Assembly (NCBI GenBank): GCA_965247115.1
Contig: CBDFGR010000002.1
Span: 1,696,001 to 1,760,000 of the forward strand
Length of the DNA stretch: 64,000 bases
DNA from: Myxococcota bacterium
GTDB lineage: Bacteria > Myxococcota_A > UBA9160 > SZUA-336
Direction: 5' to 3'
Part shown: positions 39,117 through 52,699 of the stretch, in pieces
Numbering within the stretch: the first letter of the stretch is position 1
Layout of the letters: every line of letters begins with the position of its first letter
Made by a program: the position numbers and the translations under genes
Notes under the pieces: generated by a model
Databases searched by the model: none
Told to the model about the DNA's origin: nothing
Seen by the model: only the letters and a program-made list of their open reading frames with translations

Positions 39117-39161
39117 CCTGGGAAAGCTGACGGAGGGGCGAAAAAGAGGTAAAAGTAGGGG

Positions 39162-40577
39162 ATGGGTTCGTGGGGGATTGCGGTGCTCGCCGGGGTGGTC
39201 GGAGCACTGCTCGGGGCGGGGTTTGTGTGGCTGCGCTTGCGTTGGCGCTGGGCCGACGCTGTGCGGGAGCAGGAGGTTCAGCTGGCGGGGGCGGTGGCCC
39301 ATCTGGAGGAGCGGTCGAAGCAGATCGAGCGGCTCGAGGGGGAGCTCGCGGAGCGACGTCGACTGGGGGCGGATCTTCAGAGCGAGCTCCGGGACTTCGA
39401 GCGTGCGAACGGCCAGCTCGCGCAGGAGCTGAGAGACGAGCGAGAGAGTGGCGAGGAAAAGCTCGCGCTCGTCGACCGTGCCGAGCAGAGGCTGACCGAG
39501 ACCTTCCAGGCGCTGTCCGCGGAGGCGCTGCGCAGCAACAACAAGACCTTTCTGGAGATCGCGCGCGGGGATCTGGCGAAGCTGCAGGAGACCGCGCGTG
39601 GCGACATCGACGACCGACAGAAGGCGATCCTCGATCTGGTCGAGCCGATCTACGAGTCCCTGTCGCGCGTGGACGAGAAGCTCATCGAGGTGGAGAAGGA
39701 GCGCCACGGTCACTACTCGGCGCTCACCGAGCAGCTCAGGTCGATGGCGGCCTCTCAGCAGCAGCTGCAGGGCGAGACCGCGGGTCTGGTGAAGGCTCTG
39801 CGCGCACCGACCGTGCGCGGTCGCTGGGGCGAGATACAGCTGAAGCGCGTGGTCGAGCTCGCGGGAATGCTGGATCACTGCGACTTCTACGAGCAGCAGT
39901 TCGTCGACTCCGACGAGGGTCGCCTGCGCCCGGATCTCCTGGTCCGGCTGCCCGGAGATAAGAACGTTGTCGTCGACGCGAAGGCTCCGCTGTCTGCCTA
40001 CCTCGACGCCCTGGAGGAGCTGAGCGACGCCGAGCGCGAGAAGCGCATGCTGGACCACGCACGCCAGGTCCGCAGCCACATGACCCAGCTTGGCGCAAAG
40101 CGCTACTGGACGCAGTTCCAGCCCGCGCCCGAGTTTGTCGTGATGTTTCTGCCAGGCGAGACTTTTTTCAGCGCCGCGCTGCAGTACGATCCGACCCTGA
40201 TCGAGTTCGGGGTGGAGAACCGGGTGATCCCCGCCAGTCCGACGACGCTGATCGCGCTCCTGCGAGCGGTTGCCTATGGCTGGCGCGAGGAGAAGGTCGC
40301 CGAGAACGCCATGACCATCAGCGCGCTCGGCCGCGAGCTCTACGAGCGACTCGTCACGCTCGTGGGACACTTCGACGGGCTACGGCGCGGCCTCGAGGGT
40401 GCAGTCGGTGCCTACAACGATGCGGTCGGCTCTCTCGAGACCCGTGTGCTCGTATCGGCACGACGCTTCCGCGACCTGGGAGCAGGCGGGGACTCGGAGC
40501 TGGTCGCACCGCCTGCCGTCGAGACCACCGCGCGCGCGCTCACGCCCGTAGCCGAAGACGGGGCCGGGGAGACCTAG
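39162..40577 (+). CDS. rmuC: DNA recombination protein RmuC
   Basis: N-terminal TM, coiled coil, [31 protein letters not shown]. Confidence 0.93.
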   Translation: MGSWGIAVLAGVVGALLGAGFVWLRLRWRWADAVREQEVQLAGAVAHLEERSKQIERLEGELAERRRLGADLQSELRDFERANGQLAQELRDERESGEEKLALVDRAEQRLTETFQALSAEALRSNNKTFLEIARGDLAKLQETARGDIDDRQKAILDLVEPIYESLSRVDEKLIEVEKERHGHYSALTEQLRSMAASQQQLQGETAGLVKALRAPTVRGRWGEIQLKRVVELAGMLDHCDFYEQQFVDSDEGRLRPDLLVRLPGDKNVVVDAKAPLSAYLDALEELSDAEREKRMLDHARQVRSHMTQLGAKRYWTQFQPAPEFVVMFLPGETFFSAALQYDPTLIEFGVENRVIPASPTTLIALLRAVAYGWREEKVAENAMTISALGRELYERLVTLVGHFDGLRRGLEGAVGAYNDAVGSLETRVLVSARRFRDLGAGGDSELVAPPAVETTARALTPVAEDGAGET

Positions 40578-40584
40578 AGACCGG

Positions 40585-41418
40585 TCAGCCGTCCTCTGGG
40601 TGGTAGACTTTGATCGGCCGATAGCGGCGGGTGAAGCCCGCCTGCTCGGACCAGCGCCGCCCGGCCACGAGCCCGCCGTCGACGACGATCGCCTCGCCGG
40701 TCACGAAGGCAGAGGCGTCGCTGGCAAGCCATAAGGCCGCGCTCGCGATGTCCTCCGGGACGCCCGCCCTCTGGAGCGGCTGCGAGCTGATGAAATCCGG
40801 CTTCGCCGCCTCGACCGCCGAGTCCCGGCCACCCACCGTGTTCGTCGAGAGCGGCGTTGCGATGAAACCCGGGCAGATGCAGTTCACCCGCACTCCTCCC
40901 TCTGCTAGCTCCATTGCCACCGAGCGCGTGAGCTGGATCACGGCGGCCTTGGCGGCGCTGTAGGCGTGCGGGCCGAACCCGGCGCGGAGGCCCGCGACGC
41001 TGGCCGTGTTGATCATGCAGCCCGACCCCTGACCTAGCATCACCGGGGCGGCGTACTTCATGCCGAGGAAAACGCCCCGAACCAGAACCGCAAACGTGAG
41101 ATCGAACTCGTCGACGGGAGTTTCGGCGACCGGGCCGAGGGCGCCGCCGAAGCCGGCGTTGTTGAAGATGCAGTCGAGGCGCCCGAACTCGCGCAGGGCC
41201 GCCTCGACCGCCTCGCGCACGTCCTCCTCGCGGCTGACCTCGGCGTGCTGGAACAGCGCGGAGCCTCGAAGCGAGCGCGCGACCTCGCGCCCGCGATCCT
41301 CTTGCATGTCCGCGATCACGACGCGCGCACCTTCCTCGACGAAGAGCCGCGCGCTCCGCTCGCCAATCCCGCTCGCGCCACCGGTGATGACCGCGACCTT
41401 CCCGTCCAGCTGACCCAT
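40585..41418 (-). CDS. Short-chain dehydrogenase/reductase
   Basis: TGGASGIG, NNAG, YSAAK, VDGG. Confidence 0.93.
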   Translation of the reverse strand: MGQLDGKVAVITGGASGIGERSARLFVEEGARVVIADMQEDRGREVARSLRGSALFQHAEVSREEDVREAVEAALREFGRLDCIFNNAGFGGALGPVAETPVDEFDLTFAVLVRGVFLGMKYAAPVMLGQGSGCMINTASVAGLRAGFGPHAYSAAKAAVIQLTRSVAMELAEGGVRVNCICPGFIATPLSTNTVGGRDSAVEAAKPDFISSQPLQRAGVPEDIASAALWLASDASAFVTGEAIVVDGGLVAGRRWSEQAGFTRRYRPIKVYHPEDG

Positions 41419-41511
41419 GGTTCCCTCACTCCGTGATCTGCTCTTGCGCCGATTCTACAGCGGCGGACCCGCTGGAACGGAGCTCGTCTGAACCCGCGCT
41501 AGACTTCCCGC

Positions 41512-42162
41512 GTGGGTGCAGACAGGCGCGCGATCGATCCACAGCATCTGACTCCCGAGCTGCTGATCGCCGCCTACAGCCAGGGCATCTTTCCCATGGT
41601 CGATTCGAGGAGCGGCGAAGTCGGCTGGTACAGCCCCGATCCACGCGCCATCTTTCCGCTCGACTCCTTTCACGTGCCCAGGAGCCTGGCTCGCGTGATC
41701 CGAGCCGGGAGGTTCGAGCTCCGCACCGACACGTGCTTCGAAACCGTCATGCGCGCGTGCGCGGAGCCGCGCAGAGGGCGAGAAGAGACCTGGATCGACG
41801 AGCGCATGGTCACGGCCTATGCGGAGCTCTGGCGCGGAGGCCTCGCACACAGCGTCGAGGCGTGGCGCGACGAGCGTCTCGTCGGCGGGCTGTATGGGGT
41901 GCACATCGGCTCGGCGTTCTTCGGCGAGAGCATGTTCAGCCTGCCGGAGCTGGGAGGCACCAACGCCTCCAAGGTGTGCCTCGTGGGTCTGCTGGAGCTG
42001 CTCCGAGAGCGGGGCTTCAGCCTGCTCGACACGCAGTTCTCGACGGAGCACCTCAGCCGCTTCGGCTGCGTCGAGCTGCCACGCGACCAGTACCTGCAGA
42101 GGCTCGACGCTGCGATCCGGGCCGACTCCGATTGGCCCGATCCGGGCCCTCTGCGTTTCTAG
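41512..42162 (+). CDS. aat: Leucyl/phenylalanyl-tRNA--protein transferase
   Basis: AYSQGIFPM, SPDPR, TWI, AHSVE, FFGESMFS, NASK. Confidence 0.93.
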   Translation: MGADRRAIDPQHLTPELLIAAYSQGIFPMVDSRSGEVGWYSPDPRAIFPLDSFHVPRSLARVIRAGRFELRTDTCFETVMRACAEPRRGREETWIDERMVTAYAELWRGGLAHSVEAWRDERLVGGLYGVHIGSAFFGESMFSLPELGGTNASKVCLVGLLELLRERGFSLLDTQFSTEHLSRFGCVELPRDQYLQRLDAAIRADSDWPDPGPLRF

Positions 42163-42257
42163 TGGGACCCGGCCCGCGAGCGGTCGCGGGCCACCCACCT
42201 CCGCTCAGGCCTACGGCCTTCGCTGCGCGCGCCGCTTCCGCGGCGCTTGCTGGGTGC
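42161..42257 (+). repeat. Three-hairpin repeat A copy 5
   Basis: GTGGGACCCGG...CACCCACCTCCGCTCAGGCCTACGGCCTTCGCTGCGCG...GCGGCGCTTGC at the aat stop. Confidence 0.88.
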
Positions 42258-42266
42258 TTCCGAGCT

Positions 42267-42390
42267 CTAGTCCGGTCGGAGATCCGCTGCCAGAAAGGCG
42301 CGCGAGGCAGCGTCGATCGGCGTCGGGGCGCGGTAGTTCGGGTGGTCGACGTGGAGCGTGACCGGCAGGGTGGGATTCGCAGAGCGCTCG
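42267..42390 (-). pseudogene. C-terminal remnant resembling DUF3501 family
   Basis: LPVTLHVDHPNYRAPTPIDAASRAFLAADLRPD*; family assignment from memory of the DHPNY motif. Confidence 0.5.
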
Positions 42391-42417
42391 GTACGCTCCA
42401 GGTTACCAGTCCAATTC

Positions 42418-42446
42418 TTGACATAGTCTAGAGTTGGGCATGTAAT
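42418..42446 (+). promoter_or_regulatory. Sigma70-type promoter of furA (leaderless), probable FurA operator
   Basis: TTGACA-17 nt-TGTAAT, ATG 6 nt after the -10 box. Confidence 0.7.
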
Positions 42447-42452
42447 GCGATC

Positions 42453-42902
42453 ATGTCCATGGAGCCGTCCGTCGACTCAGCCGGCCTGCTTCGCGACCAC
42501 GGTGTCCAGGTCACGGCCCAGCGCCTGGCCGTGCTGCGGGCGGTATCGGGTCGACCCCACGGTACGGCGGACGACGTCGCCGAGGTCGTCCGGTCCGAGA
42601 TCGGCGCCATCTCCCGCCAGGCGGTGTACGACGCCCTCTGGATGCTGGCCGACAAGGGCCTGATCCGGCGCATCCAGCCCGCCGGTTCACCGGCCCGTTT
42701 CGAGGACCGGGTCGGCGACAACCATCACCACTTGATCTGCCGCACCTGCGGGCGGATGGTCGACGTCGACTGCGCGGTCGGTGCCACCCCTTGCTTGACC
42801 GCCGCCGACGACTCGGATTACGAGATCGATGAGGCCGAGGTGGTCTACTGGGGCCGCTGTCCGGAGTGTCTCGCGGCATCTCCGGCTTCGGCCGGAGATT
42901 GA
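42453..42902 (+). CDS. furA: Fur-family regulator, actinobacterial FurA type
   Basis: [38 protein letters not shown]; upstream of katG. Confidence 0.9.
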   Translation: MSMEPSVDSAGLLRDHGVQVTAQRLAVLRAVSGRPHGTADDVAEVVRSEIGAISRQAVYDALWMLADKGLIRRIQPAGSPARFEDRVGDNHHHLICRTCGRMVDVDCAVGATPCLTAADDSDYEIDEAEVVYWGRCPECLAASPASAGD

Positions 42903-45480
<2,578 letters not shown>

Positions 45481-45504
45481 CAGCCTGGCCCGCAGCCTCG
45501 GTAT

Positions 45505-46422
45505 TCACGCACGCAATGGATCGTGGATGTCGGGCTCTATGTAGATGACGCGTGCGGAGGTCTGGGCGCGAAGCTGGACCTCGATCTCGTCGATGGCCTG
45601 AGCCATCTGGTCCGCGAGGAGAGACGAGTCGAACTCCACCTTCGCGCCGACCAGGAGCTCATCTGGTCCCAGGTGCTGGGTACGCATGTGGAGCACCTGG
45701 CGGACGAGGGGGTGCGACTCGATGCTGCTGCGGATGCTCTGCTCGCCGCCGCGCGTGGCGGACTCGCCGATCAGCAGGCTCTTCATCTCCGCTCCCATCA
45801 GGGCGGCGATCGTGCCGAGGAGCAGGCCGATCGCCAGGCTCCCCACGCCGTCCCAACGGGCATCGCCCGTCCAGATGGCGAGTCCCACACAGAGAAGCGC
45901 CAGCAGTATGCCGGTGACCGCCCCGAAGTCCTCGAGCAGCATCACGGGGATCTCCGGGCTCTTCGAGCGCCGGATGAACGCGAGCCACGACTCGCCCTCG
46001 CGCAGGGCATTCGCCTCCCGCACCGCGGTCCGTAGGGCGAGCGCCTCGACCGTGAGGGCGAAGAGCAGCACGCCGATCGCCCAGGCGGGAGACTGCAGCG
46101 GCTCGGGGTGCTGGAACCTCTCCCAGCCCTTGATGAGGGCGTAGACCGAGCCGAGCGTAAACAGCACCACGGCGACGATGAAGGCCCAGAAGTAGCGCTC
46201 CCTGCCGTAGCCGAACGCGTGCTCGCGACTCGCCTCGCGCCGCGCCCGGTAGCCGCCGAGGATCAAGAGCAGCTGGTTCCCGCAGTCGGCGACGGAGTGC
46301 ACGGCCTCTGCCAGAAGCGAGCTCGCTCCCGTGAAGGCGTAGCCGATGAACTTGGCGGTCGCGACGCAGAGGTTTGCCAGCAGCCCGGCGACGATCACCC
46401 TCCAGCTTCCGTCGACGGCCAC
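45505..46422 (-). CDS. Cation diffusion facilitator transporter
   Basis: AEAVHSVAD, HAFGYGRERY, LLED, IYIEPD. Confidence 0.9.
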   Translation of the reverse strand: MAVDGSWRVIVAGLLANLCVATAKFIGYAFTGASSLLAEAVHSVADCGNQLLLILGGYRARREASREHAFGYGRERYFWAFIVAVVLFTLGSVYALIKGWERFQHPEPLQSPAWAIGVLLFALTVEALALRTAVREANALREGESWLAFIRRSKSPEIPVMLLEDFGAVTGILLALLCVGLAIWTGDARWDGVGSLAIGLLLGTIAALMGAEMKSLLIGESATRGGEQSIRSSIESHPLVRQVLHMRTQHLGPDELLVGAKVEFDSSLLADQMAQAIDEIEVQLRAQTSARVIYIEPDIHDPLRA

Positions 46423-46512
46423 TCCGCTCCTCCGAGCTGCGAGTATGGGGCAGCGGCTGGCGGATCGAAAGTACGCCTTTCCCGTCGGGCGCTTTTTCGG
46501 TCTACTCTTCGC

Positions 46513-46938
46513 ATGAACAGCGTCGAACGTTTCCAGGCAGGGACAAAGGGTCTTTTTCCAGAGCTACTCGGGCTCGAGTTCGTGCAAGCCGACGAGGAGT
46601 GCATCCGTGCGGAGCTCACGGTGCGGCCCGAGCTGTGCACGGTGCCCGGCGTTCTCCACGGCGGGGTGATCATGGCGTTTGCGGACACGCTCGGTGCGTG
46701 CGGCACCGGACTCAACCTGCCCGCTGGAGCGGGCACCACGACCATCGAGTCAAAGACGAATTTCTTCGCTCCGGGCCGCTTGGGCGAGAAGCTCGTGGCC
46801 GAGTGCGTCCCGCTTCACCGAGGGCGGCGGACGATGGTCTGGCAGACGCGCATCACTCGCTCGGACGGGCGCACGATCGCTCATGTCACTCAGACACAGA
46901 TCGTCTTGATCTCCGAATCGCCCGCGACGCCCCGATGA
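46513..46938 (+). CDS. PaaI-family thioesterase
   Basis: LHGGVIMAFADT, TTIESKTNF. Confidence 0.9.
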   Translation: MNSVERFQAGTKGLFPELLGLEFVQADEECIRAELTVRPELCTVPGVLHGGVIMAFADTLGACGTGLNLPAGAGTTTIESKTNFFAPGRLGEKLVAECVPLHRGRRTMVWQTRITRSDGRTIAHVTQTQIVLISESPATPR

Positions 46939-47177
46939 TGTCGTTCACGGACGCAGTCGGGTCGCTCGGCGTGGCGCTCTTGCTGATCGCGTTCTTCCTG
47001 AATCTACGCGGCCGCTTGCCGCACGACGCCCGCAGCTACCAGCTCATGAACGCAGCAGGCGCTGGCCTGGCCTGCTGGGCCTCCTACCGTCTCGAGTTCT
47101 TCCCGTTCGTGGTACTCGAGGCCACCTGGTGCCTGGTCGCCATCGCAGCCCTGGTGCACCGCCCCCGCCCCGTCTGA
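46935..47177 (+). CDS. Small membrane protein (CBU_0592-like)
   Basis: GSLGVALLLIAFFL, YQLMN..GA, PFVVLE; ATGA overlap. Confidence 0.75.
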   Translation: MMSFTDAVGSLGVALLLIAFFLNLRGRLPHDARSYQLMNAAGAGLACWASYRLEFFPFVVLEATWCLVAIAALVHRPRPV

Positions 47178-47193
47178 AAAGCCCAGCACGCAG

Positions 47194-47472
47194 CTAGTCG
47201 CGGTAGCCTCCGCGGCCACCACCTCCGCCGCGCTCGCGAGCCTCGTCGATGCGAAGGCTGCGGCCGCCGAGGTCCTGGCCGTTCAGGGCGCTGATTGCGG
47301 CGTCCGCGCCGCTCTGGTCCATCTCCACGAAGGCAAAGCCGCGCGAGCGGCCCGTGTCGCGGTCGATAATCAGGTTTATCGACTCCACGTTGCCATGCTT
47401 GCTGAAGAGCTCGCGAAGCTCATCCTCGGTGGTGGAGTAGGAAAGGTTCCCTACGTAGATCCTCTTGGCCAA
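47194..47472 (-). CDS. RRM RNA-binding protein
   Basis: IYVGNL, RGFAFVEM, Gly-rich tail; AGGAGG + TTG start. Confidence 0.93.
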   Translation of the reverse strand: MAKRIYVGNLSYSTTEDELRELFSKHGNVESINLIIDRDTGRSRGFAFVEMDQSGADAAISALNGQDLGGRSLRIDEARERGGGGGRGGYRD

Positions 47473-47591
47473 AATGTCCTTCCTCCTAGCTAGGCGAGCT
47501 CGATCTGCTGATCAGGCTACCACATTCGCAGGCGTGGGGATCAAGGCGGCCCGGAGTCGCTACACTCCGACGCAGCGAAGGAGATGAGCGC

Positions 47592-48365
47592 ATGGCCGAG
47601 GCTTCGAACGGCACCCGAAACATCGCGGTATTCATCGATCTGGAGAACGTTGCCATCGGCGTGCGGGATGCCAACTACAAGCCTTTCGACATCGGGCTGG
47701 TCATTAAGCGCCTGGTCGACAAGGGGAACATCGTGGTGCGCAAGGCCTACGCGGATTGGAGTCGCTACAGCGATTACCGCCGCTCGCTTCACGAGGCTGG
47801 TGTTGAGCTCCTGGAGATGCCAGGAAGCAAGCTCACGGGCAAGAACAGTGCTGACATCAAGATGGTGGTCGACGCGCTCGAGCTCTCCTACACCAAGCCG
47901 CACATCGACGTCTTCGCGCTCGTGAGCGGCGACTCGGACTTTTCGCCGCTCGTCGCGAAGCTGCGCGAGAACAACAAGCACACGATCGGGATCGGGGTGA
48001 AGAACTCGACGAGCCCGCTCCTCATCGACACCTGCGATGAGTTCGTCTACTACGACGACCTGGTGCGCAAGCCGCGGCGGCGCAAGCAGACCCGGCTCTC
48101 GCGCCTGCCAAAAAAGACGCGCGAGGGCTTTGGCCTGCTCCTCGATACGCTGGACGCTCTGCAGCGGGAGAACAAGCAGCTGCATAGCTCGCTCGTGAAA
48201 GAGACCATGAAGCGCAAGCAGCCCCAGTTCAACGAGGAGTACCACGGCTATCGCTCGTTCAGCCGGCTCCTCGAGGACGCTGAGGAGCACAAGCTGATCA
48301 GTCTGAGCAGGGACGCGCGCAGCGGAACCTACGTGATCACGGAGGTGCACGAAGAGGAGGTCTAA
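47592..48365 (+). CDS. NYN (LabA/DUF88) domain protein with C-terminal OST-HTH
   Basis: FIDLEN, GKNSADI, VSGDSDF, YHGYRSFSRLL. Confidence 0.9.
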   Translation: MAEASNGTRNIAVFIDLENVAIGVRDANYKPFDIGLVIKRLVDKGNIVVRKAYADWSRYSDYRRSLHEAGVELLEMPGSKLTGKNSADIKMVVDALELSYTKPHIDVFALVSGDSDFSPLVAKLRENNKHTIGIGVKNSTSPLLIDTCDEFVYYDDLVRKPRRRKQTRLSRLPKKTREGFGLLLDTLDALQRENKQLHSSLVKETMKRKQPQFNEEYHGYRSFSRLLEDAEEHKLISLSRDARSGTYVITEVHEEEV

Positions 48366-48398
48366 GGACCGCTGTAGGGGGCCCGGCCGGTCGCGCAG

Positions 48399-49238
48399 CT
48401 AGCGCAGCTCCGTCCCCACGTCGAGCGGGTCGAACTCGGGCTTCGGGAGCTCGAGTGTCGGCTTCGCGATCGGACGGGTGAGATCAAACGGGGGCAGCTC
48501 CAGCCCCGCGTTCATGCTCTCTACGACGAGGCGGGTCTGGGTCTGATCCCGCATGTCGATCATCAGCAGGTTGTGCGCGACCCACACTCCCTCGAGCTGC
48601 CGTACCTCAGCGGGATCGGCGATCAGCACCTTGCGCGGCCGCCTGCTGTTCTCGTACAGCTCCGTGCGCAGTGCGACGCAGGTCTCCTTATCGATATAGG
48701 CCAGAATGCGCTCGTAGCCGGAGTCGACAGGGTGCGACTCCAGGACGAAAGCGGGTCGCTCCTCCGCGCTCCCGTCCTCCAGGCGATTCAACCCCTGCGC
48801 CTCCGCGTCCCAGTTCAGCCCCTGCAGGCGCTCGAAGTCCTCGTAGCTGAAGTCGGTCCCGAACAGGTTGCCGGAGGCATCGCCGCCGGTGATGCTCCTG
48901 GGGGCCTCGAACTCGGGCGAGTAGACGCTCATATCGATCCCGTCTGCCGCCTCCACCACCAGGAAGCTCGTGCCGGCAACGTCTTCGGGCGCCGTGATCT
49001 GGGCGAGGACCCTGCGATAGCCGTCAGAGGTCTTGCGGCTGGCGATGCTCACGTTGGTGCTCCGCTCTTCGCCGAGTCGGTCCCGAGTGGAGAGCATGAC
49101 GGACTGCAAGGTCGTGACCTCCGGCAGGTTATTGCGCCGGATGCACGCCTTGATCTCCTCGGTCGTCGCGAGCTCCGGGGCCGCGAATACAGGAGGGGCG
49201 GCCAGGATCCCCGCGAGAGCAAGCACTGTGAGCTTCAT
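48399..49238 (-). CDS. Outer-membrane lipoprotein-sorting (LolA-like) protein
   Basis: Signal peptide, PEDVAGTSFL, LFGTDFSYED. Confidence 0.8.
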   Translation of the reverse strand: MKLTVLALAGILAAPPVFAAPELATTEEIKACIRRNNLPEVTTLQSVMLSTRDRLGEERSTNVSIASRKTSDGYRRVLAQITAPEDVAGTSFLVVEAADGIDMSVYSPEFEAPRSITGGDASGNLFGTDFSYEDFERLQGLNWDAEAQGLNRLEDGSAEERPAFVLESHPVDSGYERILAYIDKETCVALRTELYENSRRPRKVLIADPAEVRQLEGVWVAHNLLMIDMRDQTQTRLVVESMNAGLELPPFDLTRPIAKPTLELPKPEFDPLDVGTELR

Positions 49239-49432
49239 CGCGCCCATCCTACCCGCGGCGGGCCGCTCCGTAAACTCGCGGCCCTCCCGCGGGGGCTGGT
49301 AAAAATACTTGACTTGACGACTTTCAGCGCCTTACGGTTGGGCTTAGGGAACCTGGGTGCTGTCTGAGGGAAATGTTGAGGGATGGCGGCGGCTTGCGAG
49401 CTGCGGCCCTCCCCCTACCGGAGGGATGAGCG

Positions 49433-52183
49433 ATGACTAGGATGGACTGGCTGAGGATCGCGCTGGCCCCGCTCGTAGCGGTTGTGTTGCTTGCGTACGC
49501 CCCCTCGACCCTGGCAGACGAGCCAGGCGAGGAGGCCATGCCCGAAGCGGCGGCAGCAGAGCCGGCGCAGGAGGATGAGCAGGACGAAGCCGTGGTGGCT
49601 CCCGGAGGCATCGAGGAGATCACGGTCACGGCTCGCAAGCGCGAGGAGTCCGTCCAGGACATCCCGATCGCGATCACCGCCTTCAGTGGCGACGATCTCG
49701 ACAACATCAACATCAACGACGTGATGGACCTCCAGTTCAACGTCCCCAACGTTAACTTCACCAAGACGAACTTCAGCGCATCGGGCTCACTGGCGATTCG
49801 CGGGATCGGCCGCTCGGTAACAGCGGCATCCGGGGATGCAGGGACAGGTACGCACGTGAACGGCATACCGATCACGGCCGCCCGCATCTTCGAGACCGAG
49901 TTCTACGACGCAGAGCGGGTGGAGGTGCTGCGCGGTCCCCAGGGGACACTGTACGGCCGCAACTCCTCCGCGGGCTCGCTCAACATGATCTCGAGGAAGC
50001 CCACGGACGAGTACAGTGGCTACCTGGAGGGGGAGTACGGGGAATACAACCACTACAAGCTCAAGGGTGCTGTGAACGTCCCTCTCGGCGAGCGACTCGC
50101 CTTGCGCGTGGCCGGGATGTATCTCGACCGGGATGGCTACACCAGGAACCAGCACACGGGCAGCTGGATCGACGATCGGGAGCTCTGGGGGCTGCGTGCC
50201 ACGCTTGCCGCGGATCTGGGGGAGAACACCGACGCGACGCTCACGATGTCGTGGTTCGACGAGGACGACAATCGCGCTCGCCTGCAGAAGCAGTCCTGCA
50301 AGCGAACGGGCGCGCCCTTTCCGGTCAACCTCGGCTGCTCCGCCACGGAGCTCGGCAGCGATGCGATCGACGGCACAGCGCTGCTGCCGTATCAGTTTGG
50401 GCTCCTGATGTCCTTCAACCCGACCACCGGTGGGTTTCAGCCCAACCCGGCTGGAGGCGGACCCGCTTGTCCCGAGTGTCTCCCCTACTTCTCGTCGGTT
50501 GGCGACGACGGCATCACCCCCCTGGATCCGTATGCGAACTCTGTCAATCCGAAAGATCCACGCCGGGTGAACACGCTATTCGACCCGGAGTACAAGTCCG
50601 ACGAGTACGTCGCGGGGCTCGAAGTCAACCACACGTGGCAAGACCTCACCTTCACCGGGGTGATCGGGTTCCACGATGCCCACGTGTGGAGCCAGCAGGA
50701 CTACCTCTTGGCTGTCCCCTCCGAGCCCTTTGGCTGGGGTCCGCAGTTCTTCGAGTTTCCTGGCAGCTCAAAGGATCGCTCGGGGCTCTACGACAGCGAG
50801 TTCTTGTTCGACCAATCCAACAGCCACGTGAGGCAGTGGACCTACGAGTTCCGCGTCGCTACCGACTTCGAGGGTCCGCTCAACTTCACCGGCGGGATGC
50901 TGTTCCTGGACTACGAATGGGACGGCGACTACTACGTGTGGGGCGCCGGCCTCGAGGCGTTCGACAGGTCGATACCGGTAGCACCAGGTTTCAGCCTCTT
51001 CGATCTGGAGCCTCACGGGAGCTACTTTCTCGCCGAGACGCATCCATACGAGCTCGACACACGAGCTGCCTTCGGCGAGCTCTACTATGATCTGACCCAG
51101 AGCACTCGTGTCACGCTCGGTGCTCGCCTGACCCACGATCGCAAGCAGGTGAGCCATCGGAGCGGAAATCTGATCGTCGGTGCGCTCTCGCCCTTCGAGC
51201 AGGACGCGCAGAGGTGGACCAGGTGGACCACCAAGATCAGTATCGACCAGCGCGTGGAGATACCGACCGGCGACGCCCTCCTCTACGCTACTTTCTCGAG
51301 CGGTTACAAGGCCGGCGGCTTCAACAACCCGGTGCAGGAGGGGATCGAGCGCCAGTTCAAGCCGATATTCGACCCCGAGCTGATCGACTCCTTCGAGGTG
51401 GGCGTGAAGAGCAGCCTGCTCGACAACCGCGTGATCATAAACCTGTCCGGGTTCTTCTATGACTACGAGGACTTCCAGGTCTCCAAGATCGTCTCTCGGA
51501 CCTCGATCAACGAGAACATCGATGCCGAGATCTGGGGGGCCGAGCTCGAGACGGTGTTCCAGCCGTTCCCTGGCCTGCGCCTGGAGGCTGGCGCCTCGTA
51601 CCTCGATACCGATATCCAGGACGCTCTCTCCATTGATACCAGAGACCCCTCTGCCGGCGTTCCGGGAACACTCGCAGTCAAGGACTTCGTGAACGGTTTC
51701 GGGACGGCAGCCAACTCGGTCATCACCGACGTGACCAAGCTGGGGGATTGCGTGCTCGGGGACCCTGTGGCAAGTGCTGCAGCGGGCTGCGTCCTGGTTC
51801 CTGGCTTCGATAAGGACCTCTCGGGCAACGAGCTTCCGTATGCACCAGAGTGGAGCCTGAAGCTTGCCGCGCAGTACACCATGCCGTTCCTGAACACGGG
51901 CTACGAGCTGACCTTCCGCGTCGACCACTACTGGCAGGACGACATGTACAGCCGGATCTTCAACGACGGGCCCGACAAGATCAGCTCCTGGTCGCAGACC
52001 GATGCGCAGATCCGCCTGAGCAGTCCAGGCCAGCCGTGGATGCTCGAGTTCTGGGTGAAGAACATCCAGGACAACGACGACATCACCGGGCACTATTTTA
52101 CCGACGAAACGTCCGCCAACTTCACGAACCTGTTCATTCTGGAGCCGCGCATCACAGGCGTTACGCTGCGTCGCGAGTTCTAG
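49433..52183 (+). CDS. TonB-dependent receptor
   Basis: IEEITVTARKREE, VEVLRGPQGTLYGRN, GYKAGGFN, terminal Phe. Confidence 0.95.
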   Translation: MTRMDWLRIALAPLVAVVLLAYAPSTLADEPGEEAMPEAAAAEPAQEDEQDEAVVAPGGIEEITVTARKREESVQDIPIAITAFSGDDLDNININDVMDLQFNVPNVNFTKTNFSASGSLAIRGIGRSVTAASGDAGTGTHVNGIPITAARIFETEFYDAERVEVLRGPQGTLYGRNSSAGSLNMISRKPTDEYSGYLEGEYGEYNHYKLKGAVNVPLGERLALRVAGMYLDRDGYTRNQHTGSWIDDRELWGLRATLAADLGENTDATLTMSWFDEDDNRARLQKQSCKRTGAPFPVNLGCSATELGSDAIDGTALLPYQFGLLMSFNPTTGGFQPNPAGGGPACPECLPYFSSVGDDGITPLDPYANSVNPKDPRRVNTLFDPEYKSDEYVAGLEVNHTWQDLTFTGVIGFHDAHVWSQQDYLLAVPSEPFGWGPQFFEFPGSSKDRSGLYDSEFLFDQSNSHVRQWTYEFRVATDFEGPLNFTGGMLFLDYEWDGDYYVWGAGLEAFDRSIPVAPGFSLFDLEPHGSYFLAETHPYELDTRAAFGELYYDLTQSTRVTLGARLTHDRKQVSHRSGNLIVGALSPFEQDAQRWTRWTTKISIDQRVEIPTGDALLYATFSSGYKAGGFNNPVQEGIERQFKPIFDPELIDSFEVGVKSSLLDNRVIINLSGFFYDYEDFQVSKIVSRTSINENIDAEIWGAELETVFQPFPGLRLEAGASYLDTDIQDALSIDTRDPSAGVPGTLAVKDFVNGFGTAANSVITDVTKLGDCVLGDPVASAAAGCVLVPGFDKDLSGNELPYAPEWSLKLAAQYTMPFLNTGYELTFRVDHYWQDDMYSRIFNDGPDKISSWSQTDAQIRLSSPGQPWMLEFWVKNIQDNDDITGHYFTDETSANFTNLFILEPRITGVTLRREF

Positions 52184-52203
52184 AGTCCTTATGGACGATC
52201 CCG

Positions 52204-52233
52204 CACGGCCGGTCGCTGGCGCGGCCGGCCGTG
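52204..52233. terminator. GC-rich hairpin between convergent genes
   Basis: CACGGCCGGTCGC / GCGGCCGGCCGTG inverted repeat; no clear U-tract. Confidence 0.45.
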
Positions 52234-52258
52234 TTGCACCAGCTCCAGGTTGGCGGCC

Positions 52259-52699
52259 TCACTGGAGGCACATGCGGGCCGTGTGGGCGCACTCGGAGTC
52301 GTTGTTCAGGCCCGTGGCAGTGCGAGCCTCAGCCCTGAGGTCCGTGACCCTACCGGAAACCAGCTCGATCGTGAGCCGACAGAAGCCCGCAGGTAGAGCC
52401 GCGTCGAGCGGGTCGTTCAGGAACTCGCGGATCTTGCGATCCGTGCTCGTCCCCGCGCCCACTCTGCGCTCGCTGAGCCACGCCGGGTTCGGGAGGGGAT
52501 AGGCATAGACCCAGAGCGCCTTCTGCTCGTCGGGATAGTCGAAATCGCTAGGCGGCCCCAAGCAGTTCAGCACCTGGCGGTCGTTCAGCTGGAGAAACTC
52601 CTGCCGGATGTAGGCGGCCCGCTGCCCATATGAGCTCGTGCCGCAGGCCAGGGCCGCGAGGAGCAAGCCGCAGCACGCGCGGCGGAAGTTCGTCCTCAA
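52259..52699 (-). CDS. Hypothetical lipoprotein
   Basis: GGAGG + TTG, ALAC lipobox, CLGPP. Confidence 0.65.
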   Translation of the reverse strand: MRTNFRRACCGLLLAALACGTSSYGQRAAYIRQEFLQLNDRQVLNCLGPPSDFDYPDEQKALWVYAYPLPNPAWLSERRVGAGTSTDRKIREFLNDPLDAALPAGFCRLTIELVSGRVTDLRAEARTATGLNNDSECAHTARMCLQ